Assembly (NCBI GenBank): GCA_050633305.1
Contig: JBOEGF010000005.1
Span: forward strand, 256,001 to 320,000
DNA length: 64,000 nucleotides
Source of the DNA: Nannocystales bacterium
GTDB lineage: Bacteria > Myxococcota_A > Polyangia > Nannocystales > Nannocystaceae
Direction of reading: 5' to 3'
A program made the translations under genes and the position numbers. This document shows, piece by piece, positions 1 through 8,163 of this stretch. The notes below the pieces were generated by a model. That model was not told where the DNA came from. It saw only the letters and a list, made by a program, of their open reading frames with translations, and searched no databases. The stretch's first letter is position 1; every line of letters starts with the position of its first letter.

Positions 1-1
1 A

Positions 2-439
2 GTGGCGGTCCAAGAGTCGACAGACATCGGGCGGACGTGGGTCGATGCCGCACGCCCGTCGACGAGCGGGGTGCACATGGCCCAGTTTTGCGCCAAGGCA
101 TCGGAGATCAACCTCGATGGCACCGGCTACACGCTGTTTGACGTCAACCAGGCGAGCTGGTGCCGGAAGCAAGGGCTTCCGGTTGGCTTCGAGATTCGGT
201 TGAACGCGAAACAGAACAAGGGATACGTCATCAACTGCGGGAGCTTGCGCTTGAAGTGGACCGCCACGCAGGGGTCGACGCAGACGACCGTCGCTGCGAC
301 ACGCCCAACCACCCCGACGTATACGTTCGTGGCCCGGAAGACCGGCACAGAACGCATCCGTTTTACGATCCCGAAGGACCACCTGGCCGAGTACTACGAA
401 CCCAGACTCGACCGGTGTCAGGTCGCCGAGGTCGGATGA
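2..439 (+). CDS. Hypothetical protein, 5'-truncated at the window edge (C-terminal part, beta-rich)
   Basis: Frame is open from position 2 to TGA at 437-439 with GC3-rich codons; no family recognised. Confidence 0.6.
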   Translation: MAVQESTDIGRTWVDAARPSTSGVHMAQFCAKASEINLDGTGYTLFDVNQASWCRKQGLPVGFEIRLNAKQNKGYVINCGSLRLKWTATQGSTQTTVAATRPTTPTYTFVARKTGTERIRFTIPKDHLAEYYEPRLDRCQVAEVG

Positions 440-579
440 GGGGCGGGGCGCGGGCAAAGCCTCGCCGCTGAGCGCGACGCGACGCGGAGACGTCCCGCTC
501 ACCTGGCAGCCGTACGCTGTTCATTTCACGTCTAGCCGGCGCCCGGAAAAATCCGCAAACCTCAGCTGGAGGGGCAGCT

Positions 580-1623
580 ATGCTGGATGTTGCAGTGCCC
601 ATCTCGAGCCCGACCGCGTCCGTGCGAGCGTTGCGCCCCTTGTCGCTCGGCCTGGGTGCGCGGGGTGTGTCGCTCGCCCCTGCGCTCGCCCGCGCAGGCA
701 TCGATGCGGCGACGATGGAAGACCCCGACGCAAGGATCCCTGCGGAGCTGATGCATGGGCTCTGGCGGGAAGCCGAGGAACTCAGTGGCGAGTCGACGTT
801 TGGAATCGCCACTGCGGGATTCATCAAGCCCGGCTCGTTCGATGTCCTCGACTACATGTGCCGGAACTGCGCCACGGTGGGTGACGGGCTTCGGCTGTAT
901 TGCCGGTACACACCCCTCCTGCATGACCAGATCTCGGCGAGCGTAGAGGTGCTGGAGGACACGGCCGTCCTCCGTCACGTGTTGGTCGATGGCGGTGTGC
1001 TTCCCCGCCAGTACGCCGAGTTCATCATCGCAAGCTTGTTGGTGATCGTCCGGCAGGCCAGCGACCACGAGGTCGAGCCGGTGTCGGCTCAGTTTGCGCA
1101 CGGGGAACCCGAGGACACCGCGCCTCATGCTGCGCTGCTTCGGTGTCCGATCACGTTCCGTGCGACTTGCAACGGCTTCGAGTTGCGCAAGGAAGACTTC
1201 GAGCGACCGTTGGTCGCTGCACAACCTGGGCTGCTGCAGGTTCTCGAGCGTCAGGCGGAGCGGCTGCTCGAGAAGTCGCCACGGGCTGCGCCGAGCTTCG
1301 TGGGGCGTGTACGCGCCGCGATTGTCAGAGACCTCCGTTCGGGGGGGACCACAGCGGCACGGGTCGCGCAGACATTGGGATTTGGCGAACGTACGCTACG
1401 CCGCCGCCTCGACGATGAAGGGTCCAGCTATCACGAGGTGCTCTCACAGCTCCGCATGGAGCTGGCGACTCGCTATCTCGAGGACGAGCGGTTGGCGATC
1501 GACGAGGTTGCCTTCTTGCTGGGGTACTCGGACCGCACCGCGTTCAATCGGGCGTTCCGGCAGTGGACCGACCGAACCCCCGCCCAGTTTCGGCGGGAAC
1601 ATCGTGCTCCGCCTGCGTCTTAG
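580..1623 (+). CDS. AraC-family transcriptional regulator (N-terminal ligand-binding domain, OruR-like type)
   Basis: C-terminal double HTH: ERTLRRRLDDEG...IDEVAFLLGYSDRTAFNRAFRQWTDRTP. GGAGG RBS upstream. Confidence 0.92.
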   Translation: MLDVAVPISSPTASVRALRPLSLGLGARGVSLAPALARAGIDAATMEDPDARIPAELMHGLWREAEELSGESTFGIATAGFIKPGSFDVLDYMCRNCATVGDGLRLYCRYTPLLHDQISASVEVLEDTAVLRHVLVDGGVLPRQYAEFIIASLLVIVRQASDHEVEPVSAQFAHGEPEDTAPHAALLRCPITFRATCNGFELRKEDFERPLVAAQPGLLQVLERQAERLLEKSPRAAPSFVGRVRAAIVRDLRSGGTTAARVAQTLGFGERTLRRRLDDEGSSYHEVLSQLRMELATRYLEDERLAIDEVAFLLGYSDRTAFNRAFRQWTDRTPAQFRREHRAPPAS

Positions 1624-2381
1624 GACGCGGCGTATCGGTGTCTCTCGACGGGCATTCGACTGATGTTGGGCTCGTTGAGGCAGTCGATCGCGTTGTCGAC
1701 TTTCTGTGCGCAGCGGTGGATGAGGGACCCTAGTTCTGCCCGCTCGGCCTGCTCGACCTTGGGAGCCACGCGTTCCACCATCTCGTGGAGAAGTGCGACG
1801 GCCTGTTGAAGCTTGAGGCCGGCTTCCCGCTGGCGAGCCGTCTGATGTCCCATCGAAGTCCGCAGCTGTTGCACCCGCGAGACGTAGGCCGAGGAACGCG
1901 TACGTTCTCGTTCGAGCTGGATCGCCGAGGATGCCAGCGCGGCGGTTTGGTGAAGTTGCTCGACCAGAAGAGGATCGAGCGGACCGGTCTGGGCGGAATC
2001 TGCCTGCAGGAAACCCACGATCGCATTGTCGGTACGCAACGGGACGAGCGCGGTCGCCCGGGTCTCGTCCCCCAACAGCGCGTCCGAGATCATGTCGAGG
2101 CGGTCATCTTCGCTGACATCGGGGATGACGAGCTCGTCCTGAGCGTTGAGTTGGGCAAACAGGTCCGTCGCGTTCTGTCCGACGACTCGAAGCCCAACGA
2201 GCGACGGCATCGACGAGGGCTGGCTGCTGGCCAGAACGGAGATCGCCGGCCCCATGACCGCGCTGCAGCTCACTCGAACGTTCGGATACCGCCACCGGAT
2301 TTCGTCCAGTGCCATGCCCAGGATCCCCGCCACGGCCAGGTCGGAGTCAGGGGCTGCGATGGTGACTTCTGATTTGCCCAC
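1620..2381 (-). CDS. GAF-domain protein with C-terminal coiled coil
   Basis: GAF-like segment LVIPDVSEDDR...ATALVPLRTDNAIVGFLQADS...QTAALASSAIQ followed by a helical tail; no catalytic output domain seen. Confidence 0.7.
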   Translation of the reverse strand: MGKSEVTIAAPDSDLAVAGILGMALDEIRWRYPNVRVSCSAVMGPAISVLASSQPSSMPSLVGLRVVGQNATDLFAQLNAQDELVIPDVSEDDRLDMISDALLGDETRATALVPLRTDNAIVGFLQADSAQTGPLDPLLVEQLHQTAALASSAIQLERERTRSSAYVSRVQQLRTSMGHQTARQREAGLKLQQAVALLHEMVERVAPKVEQAERAELGSLIHRCAQKVDNAIDCLNEPNISRMPVERHRYAAS

Positions 2382-2441
2382 GACATCCAGGCTATGGATC
2401 GGGACATCTCAAACAAGTGGCAAGATCGGTCGCTGGAAAGA

Positions 2442-2477
2442 CATCTTCGGTCACGGAGTCTCCGATGACCGAAGATG
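2442..2477. repeat. Intergenic inverted repeat / long hairpin
   Basis: CATCTTCGGTCA (2442-2453) pairs perfectly with TGACCGAAGATG (2466-2477); inner CGGAG/CTCCG also pair. Confidence 0.8.
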
Positions 2478-2682
2478 CCCCAACTGCGCCCGCGCGTTTG
2501 TTTCTGTTCGGAACAACACCGGCGGCCTTCCGGAGCCGGGCGATTTGGCTCGTGCATTTACGCGCTGAGAGGGGATGGGGGCGGTTGGACCGCGGTTGTG
2601 GCAAATCCGTCCCATGATTCGCGGTCGCGGTCGCGTTCGCGAATCCGCGCGCAATTCAAGCCCGAGGAGGGCCCTGCGACGT

Positions 2683-3621
2683 TTAGCTGAGCGCCGCGAT
2701 GAGGTCGGCGAGTTCTTCGCTCGACTCGAGGTCCTGCTCGCCGGACGTGTCGGCTCCGTCGACGAGCCGGATGTGGCCGTGGTGAAGCAGGACAGCGACG
2801 GCCGAAAGGGTCCGGAAGCGCCCGAGGAGAGTGAGCTCGACGACCCGCTCCACGTCGGTGACTCCGTCACAGAAGGCAAACACGTAGCGTGCGTCGATCC
2901 ACTCGGCGTTGGCTGCCGTGTCGGGATCCTCCTCGAAGTCCTCGTCCGAGACGAGGTTCATCTTGGGGGATGCCGTTCGATCTTCAGCTGGCTTCGAGAC
3001 CGGAGTGATGACCGCGGTGAGCGGGCCCAAGCGCGACTCGAGTTCGCTGCCCTCGTCTTCTCGCCGTGCGAGCTCCATCAGCACGAAGCCGATGTCCTGG
3101 GTGTCGACGGGGCCGAGACGTTCGTGCAGCCATTGCACGTCTCCTTCGAGCAGGAGCAGTGATCCCCCGGGTTCGTTGCAGACGCTCAGGGCTTCCAACA
3201 CCACCTCCTGCAGGAAGACGCGGGCTGGCCGCAGAGCTTGGACCACCGTCGTGTCGTCCTCGAAGGACTCCGCACCCCGTGCCTGTTCGTAGCGCTGGTG
3301 GAGTTCCGCGATCCAGTCTCCCATCGACTGATGGGGCTGGGGTCCGACGGCTCCCACGACGCGTCCCTCATTCAGCTCGACCGCGAGGGTGTGCTCGCCG
3401 TCTGCGTTGCCCAACAGCAGCACGCCTGTGGGCCGTACCGAGGTGAGCATGCCCAGGAGGGTTGGGAGCTCCGTCGCTGCGCCGATACGGGCGATGAGTG
3501 CCCCCACCGCGCCGGAGTCGGGAACGACGGCAATAGGCTCGGGCCCGAGGCACAGCAGGCGTCCTTCAGGTCCGGCCAGCGTGGCGACGCTGCAACCGAC
3601 GACCTGTTCGAGGGTAGCCAT
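2683..3621 (-). CDS. DUF4388/PATAN-like protein with C-terminal winged-helix-like region
   Basis: LPTLLGML...TGVLLL...EGRVVGA, LMELARREDE and CDGVTDVERVVELTLLGRFRTLSAVAVLLHHGHI match the myxobacterial DUF4388 architecture. Confidence 0.7.
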   Translation of the reverse strand: MATLEQVVGCSVATLAGPEGRLLCLGPEPIAVVPDSGAVGALIARIGAATELPTLLGMLTSVRPTGVLLLGNADGEHTLAVELNEGRVVGAVGPQPHQSMGDWIAELHQRYEQARGAESFEDDTTVVQALRPARVFLQEVVLEALSVCNEPGGSLLLLEGDVQWLHERLGPVDTQDIGFVLMELARREDEGSELESRLGPLTAVITPVSKPAEDRTASPKMNLVSDEDFEEDPDTAANAEWIDARYVFAFCDGVTDVERVVELTLLGRFRTLSAVAVLLHHGHIRLVDGADTSGEQDLESSEELADLIAALS

Positions 3622-3732
3622 GACCCCTAGTCTGTCGTCCGCGTTCGGTCCCGGGTTGAGACCCCGATCGGGACGTCGGGGGAAGGATCGTGGCTCGAGC
3701 GCCCGCCATGGAACTCAGGTTGATGCGGTCGG

Positions 3733-4152
3733 CTACCGCTCGAGGTCCCTGCCGCACTCGCCGCACAGCCACGCCCGGTCGGCGGTCGGGTCCTCGCTGA
3801 GGCCAATGAACGCACTATCCCCAGCTGACATGGACGCATTGCAGCGGCTGCATCGCGCATCCTTGCCGAGCACGACTCCGTTCCAGGCGTAGACGTGGTC
3901 CAGGGCAACTCGCTCCGGCGGAGCTTCGAGTCCACCCTCGAGCACCGGGTCCACGTCCGGATCCGCCAAACCGAAGGCGTCTTCGAGCACGCCCCGAACG
4001 AGGTTCGACACCGACATGCGACGGCGACGTGCTTCCTCTCGGATCGCGTTGTCCAGCCGCCGATCGACCCGGGTCTGCACCAGCCTGTCCTTGCGGAGTT
4101 CTTTGGAGCGGAGCTTCTCCGCCTTGCGCATCTTGCGTAGGTCCGACGACAT
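3733..4152 (-). CDS. Ribbon-helix-helix (CopG-like) DNA-binding protein with C-terminal CxxC...CxxC metal-binding domain
   Basis: RLVQTRVDRRLDNAIREEARRRRMSVSNLVRGVL fits the RHH pattern; CSRC and CGEC motifs follow. Confidence 0.75.
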   Translation of the reverse strand: MSSDLRKMRKAEKLRSKELRKDRLVQTRVDRRLDNAIREEARRRRMSVSNLVRGVLEDAFGLADPDVDPVLEGGLEAPPERVALDHVYAWNGVVLGKDARCSRCNASMSAGDSAFIGLSEDPTADRAWLCGECGRDLER

Positions 4153-4179
4153 TGGGGTCGGGGCCGACTATGCCACGCG

Positions 4180-4233
4180 TTGACGAGAAAATGATTGTAA
4201 TCGTTGACAACGTAATCGTTTGTATTACAAACG
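4180..4233. promoter_or_regulatory. Divergent promoter/operator region between the RHH gene and the desaturase
   Basis: AT-rich island. GTAATCGTT direct repeat (4197-4205, 4212-4220); palindromes CGTTGACAACG (4202-4212) and CGTTTGTATTACAAACG (4217-4233); consensus -35 TTGACA at 4204-4209. Confidence 0.7.
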
Positions 4234-4238
4234 GGGCC

Positions 4239-5321
4239 ATGACGACGGAAGGGGCCAAGTACAAGGCATTCGGAGGCGAAATTAACGAGCTACGCCGCGA
4301 AGTTGAAGCTCAAATCGGGTCCGAAGATGTCATACACCTGAAGAAATTGTGCGCGTTTTCGCGCGGGTTGGAACTTACCGGCCGGCTGTTGATCCACTTC
4401 AGCCCCGGTCCCATGAGCTTCGCGGTGGGCGTGGTGGCCCTCGCTGGCCACAAGCAGTTGCACGGCTCCGAAATCGGCCATGCGGTCCTGCACGGGGCCT
4501 ACGACAAGCTCCCCGGTGCGCAGGCATTTCAGAGCAAGAACTACTGGTGGGAGTCACCCATCGACGAGGAGAGTTGGCGGCAGGGGCACAACGTCGCCCA
4601 CCACCAGTACACCAACGTCGTGGGCAAGGACCCCGACTGCAAGTACGGCACGATTCGGCTCAACGAGAACGTCCCGTGGGAGTCCGCGAACACGCACCAA
4701 CATCTGCAACCGCTGCTGATCTGGCCCTCGTTTTCCTTCAACATGGCCGCGCACTTCAGCGGGCTGATCGATTTCTACCTGCGCAAGCCCGCGGACTACG
4801 ATGTGCTCCCGGACCGGAAACCGACGACAGTCGTTCGCGCACATCGGAAGTGGCTGAGAAAGGTGGTGCCGTACTACGGCAAGGAGTACGGCTTGTTCCC
4901 TCTGCTGGCGGGCCCCATGTTTTGGAAGGTCGCGCTGGGGAACTGGATGGCCGAAGTCCTCCGCAGCATCTACACGGCGGCGACGATCTTCACCGGCCAC
5001 GTCGGGGATGACACCGCTTCCTACCCGGAGGGCACACGTGCTTCGAACCGAGGCGAGTGGTACGCGATGCAAGTCCGATCGGCGAACAACTTCGAGGTCC
5101 CCTCGTGGATGTCCGTATTGTGCGGCGGGCTCGACTACCAGATCGAGCATCATCTGTTTCCGAAGTGGCCGCCCAATCGGCTTCGACAGGCTGCACCCCG
5201 CGTCCGCGAGATTTGCGAACGTCACGGAATCGAGTACCGCACGGCTCGCTGGGGCACGATGCTGGGCCGGGTGTTCCGCCAACTCCGGACCCTGAGCAAG
5301 CGGCCGGCGATCGCCAGCTGA
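4239..5321 (+). CDS. Membrane fatty acid (acyl-CoA) desaturase, DesA3-like
   Basis: Three His boxes: GHAVLH, HNVAHH, QIEHHLFP. ATG at 4239 is in frame with ORF 4029..5321. Confidence 0.92.
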   Translation: MTTEGAKYKAFGGEINELRREVEAQIGSEDVIHLKKLCAFSRGLELTGRLLIHFSPGPMSFAVGVVALAGHKQLHGSEIGHAVLHGAYDKLPGAQAFQSKNYWWESPIDEESWRQGHNVAHHQYTNVVGKDPDCKYGTIRLNENVPWESANTHQHLQPLLIWPSFSFNMAAHFSGLIDFYLRKPADYDVLPDRKPTTVVRAHRKWLRKVVPYYGKEYGLFPLLAGPMFWKVALGNWMAEVLRSIYTAATIFTGHVGDDTASYPEGTRASNRGEWYAMQVRSANNFEVPSWMSVLCGGLDYQIEHHLFPKWPPNRLRQAAPRVREICERHGIEYRTARWGTMLGRVFRQLRTLSKRPAIAS

Positions 5322-5515
5322 AGTGGCGGACGCTCGGCAACCCGATGCGCTTCTCGTTCCACTCCGCGGGTTCAGCTTGCGCAACAAGATCTCTGGGAAC
5401 GCGAAGGTGACCGGACTCGAGCGCGCGCAGCCCCGGTAGTGGGCCCGCCCTCGACTCCGGGTGACGCATCGCGGGTGCTCCTTCTCGCGCGACGGCGGCC
5501 GTTCGCTCGTCGCCT

Positions 5516-5803
5516 CTAGGAATTCCGGCTTCGGCCAACCACCGCGCCGACACCGAGCACCAGCGCTGCGGGAACACCCATCAACACTGCGACCTTCACG
5601 AACGGAAGGACCAGCATCAGCGGCCCCAGGGCGGCGGGTCGGCGCTCAGCCTCGGGCTCGGTCTGCTTCGTATCGTCGTGTCGTGCGCTCTCCTGTCGCG
5701 TCGTTTCGGCCCAGTCGGTCTGGGCCAGTGGCAGCATCAGCAGCCCCGCGACTCCCGACAGCCCCAGCGTGGCGAGAGTTCGCCGCCGCAGTTGCCGACT
5801 CAT
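5516..5803 (-). CDS. Small two-TM membrane protein
   Basis: MSRQLRRRTLATLGLSGVAGLL...; its start overlaps (ATGA) the stop of the upstream DUF4405-like gene. Confidence 0.55.
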   Translation of the reverse strand: MSRQLRRRTLATLGLSGVAGLLMLPLAQTDWAETTRQESARHDDTKQTEPEAERRPAALGPLMLVLPFVKVAVLMGVPAALVLGVGAVVGRSRNS

Positions 5804-6255
5804 GCTTCCCTCCGCCGTCGCACTACACCTGCGATCCACTTGGCATGGAGCGCGAGGTGAACCCCGATCGCCGGGAGCAGAAGGTTTGAAGATCGATGGT
5901 GCAGGGTGGTCCAGAAGGGATCGGGCGTCCAACCGCCGAGCGCGATGGGGAAAAGCGAAACCGAGGCCATGAAGCCGGACACCAGCACGAACACCATCCA
6001 CGGATAGAGGATGGCGTCCCACACCGCGTTCAACCTCGCCTTGGCGCCGAGCTTCCGAGTGAACCGACCCAGCACCCTCAAGACCCAGTCCCAGTTGAGC
6101 GCGAGGTGGAGGGCAAAGACGGGGAGGAACACGAGGCTCAACCACTCATGCAGCGGCAACCCTGTCGCCTGCGGAGCGCTGAGGACCACGAAGAGGATGA
6201 AGAGGGCGACGTCGGTCCAGATCTTGGTCGCGGTTGTCACTCCGCTTCGGCTCAT
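5800..6255 (-). CDS. DUF4405-like / cytochrome b-type membrane protein
   Basis: Four TM segments with paired His motifs LHEW...HLALNW and LHHRS...HLALH; this is the 3' end of the long 5800..7659 ORF. Confidence 0.75.
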   Translation of the reverse strand: MSRSGVTTATKIWTDVALFILFVVLSAPQATGLPLHEWLSLVFLPVFALHLALNWDWVLRVLGRFTRKLGAKARLNAVWDAILYPWMVFVLVSGFMASVSLFPIALGGWTPDPFWTTLHHRSSNLLLPAIGVHLALHAKWIAGVVRRRREA

Positions 6256-6619
6256 TCGAGAGCTCCACCGCGCGCGATGGACGGGTCGGCGTGGCACGAC
6301 ACCGTGACCTTTCGCCCACTCATGTTTGGTACTGGGACCATCGTGCGCAGTGTCCCCTTGCGGCGTCGCTGCGACTACGTTGGTCCCGGATGACCGTATT
6401 CGCCCGGTGAATGGGCGCCCCCTCATGCGGTCGCGAGTCACGCCGCTGGTGGCCACCTCCGGCAAGAAACCTCTTCTTCGGCCTTCAAGGGTCGAGTTGT
6501 CATCCCGCGCGCCTTGTGCGCGATGGTGCGGGAGTTCTGTCGTCGATTTCTGCGTCCCTGGGAGGTCGGGTTCGTTTCTGTTCATCCGGCGGCCAGCCGT
6601 CTCGACAAGAGCCCGACTC

Positions 6620-6820
6620 ATGACCAAGCGAACCTTCATCCTCGACCCGAGCCTCACCTTTGACCCCTCGGCGACGTCTGCCGAACAGAAGACCCGAAAA
6701 CCCGGTGGTGACGGTTGTTGCACTCCGGAGTCCGCGGCCCAGCCCCAGGCGCCGGGAGCTTGTTGTGAGCCGGGCGCCAAGCCTCGTGCCGCTGAGCCAC
6801 GGGAGAGTGGCTGCTGCTGA
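6620..6820 (+). CDS. 66-aa peptide with three vicinal Cys-Cys pairs (putative metal/metalloid-binding peptide)
   Basis: MTKRTFILDP...GDGCC...GACC...ESGCC*; ends 41 bp before the flavoprotein gene. Confidence 0.6.
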   Translation: MTKRTFILDPSLTFDPSATSAEQKTRKPGGDGCCTPESAAQPQAPGACCEPGAKPRAAEPRESGCC

Positions 6821-6861
6821 GCACCGCCCCGTTCTCGCATCGACCTCCGAAGAACTCGAAG

Positions 6862-8163
6862 ATGTCTACCCTCGTCAAATTTCCCGTCGTCGTCATTGGT
6901 GCAGGCCCGGTCGGGCTCGCCACCGCCGCAAACCTCGTTGAGCGAGGGCTCTCGTTCCTCGTCCTCGAAGCCGGGGAGCGTGTCGCCGCGTCCATGTCGG
7001 ACTGGGGACACGTTCGGTTGTTCACGCCGTGGTCCTACTTGGTCGACCCGGCGAGTCAACGCCTGCTCGAGGCCGAGGGGACCTGGTTGTCGCCTGACCC
7101 TCAGGGGGTTCCGCTGGCGAAGGAACTCGTCCACGACTATCTCGATCCGCTGAGCAAGCTCGGTTCGATCGAGCCGAATCTCCGGTTGCACCATCGCGTT
7201 GTGGCGGTGGGCCGGGAAGGGCACGACCGTATGAAGGATGGCCACCCTGAGGATCGGTCGACCAAGCCTTTTATCGTCACCGTCGACACGCCGGACGGGC
7301 GGGCCCGGATCAAGGCGAGCGCGGTGATCGATGCGTCGGGAACGTGGACCACTCCGAACCCGATGGGAGCTGGGGGGGTCGCGGCTGCTGGCGAATCCGA
7401 GTTTGGCGCTCATATCCGCTACGGGATGCCCGATGTGCTCGGTGCTGAGCGGCAGCGCTATGAAGGGAAACGCGTCCTGGTTGTGGGCTCGGGGCACTCC
7501 GCGATCGGGTCGGTGATCAACCTCGCCGCACTCGCCAAGGAGTCCGAGGACACTCTCGTGGCCTGGGGAATCCGCGGAGACAACCCTCGGAAGCTGTGGG
7601 GGGGCGGAGCCGCGGATGGCGTGAAGGCGCGTGGCGCTTTGGGCACGACGGTTCATCAAGCCGTCGTGGACGGCTCAATCACGTTGCTGACCGCACTCTC
7701 GATCGGAGCGCTACGCGAGCACCCCGAAGGCATCGCCGTGGTGGATGTCGACGAACGCCCCCGGGTGGTCGTGGACGAGATCATCGTTGCGACGGGAGCT
7801 CGCCCAAACCTGGAGATGCTGCGCGAACTTCGGACGGAGTTCGACGTGCCCACGGAGTCCAGCAAGGCACTGGGGCCGATGATCGACCCCAACCACCACA
7901 GCTGCGGAAGCGTGAGGCCTCACGGTGCTGCCGAGCTCGCCCACCCCGAGAAAGACTTCTACATCGTGGGCATGAAGTCCTATGGACGTGCGCCAACGTT
8001 CTTGCTCATGACTGGGTACGAGCAGGTGCGATCGGTGGTCGCGGAACTCGCAGGCGACCATGAGGCGGCACGGCACGTGGAGCTCGTTCTCCCCGAGACA
8101 GGGGTGTGCTCGACCGATCTGGCGCACGGCGAGACCGCGGCGGCCACCGGCGGATGTTGCTGA
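6862..8163 (+). CDS. FAD/NAD(P)H-dependent flavoprotein monooxygenase, ArsV/ArsO-like
   Basis: GAGPVG FAD motif, GSGHSA NADPH motif, DPNHHSCGSVRPHG, KSYGRAPTFL and an LPETGVC...GGCC tail, typical of ars-cluster flavoproteins. Confidence 0.85.
   Translation: MSTLVKFPVVVIGAGPVGLATAANLVERGLSFLVLEAGERVAASMSDWGHVRLFTPWSYLVDPASQRLLEAEGTWLSPDPQGVPLAKELVHDYLDPLSKLGSIEPNLRLHHRVVAVGREGHDRMKDGHPEDRSTKPFIVTVDTPDGRARIKASAVIDASGTWTTPNPMGAGGVAAAGESEFGAHIRYGMPDVLGAERQRYEGKRVLVVGSGHSAIGSVINLAALAKESEDTLVAWGIRGDNPRKLWGGGAADGVKARGALGTTVHQAVVDGSITLLTALSIGALREHPEGIAVVDVDERPRVVVDEIIVATGARPNLEMLRELRTEFDVPTESSKALGPMIDPNHHSCGSVRPHGAAELAHPEKDFYIVGMKSYGRAPTFLLMTGYEQVRSVVAELAGDHEAARHVELVLPETGVCSTDLAHGETAAATGGCC

Noticed and set aside
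2620..2660. tRNA-like GTTCGCGAATCC segment
   Set aside because: No cloverleaf or acceptor stem could be built; no tRNA, including tRNA-Sec, was seen in the window.
6290..6310. Sigma-54 promoter at TGGCACG (also 40177 and 63458)
   Set aside because: The -12 TTGC element is missing at the required spacing.
6818..6862. Possible Sec readthrough of the CC-TGA end of the small peptide (and of the flavoprotein at 8161-8163)
   Set aside because: Readthrough is out of frame with the next gene, no convincing SECIS hairpin is present, and terminal CC is normal for these proteins.
6256..7659. N-terminal 468 aa of the 619-aa minus ORF 5800..7659
   Set aside because: Antisense to the flavoprotein gene; only the last 151 aa look like a real membrane protein.
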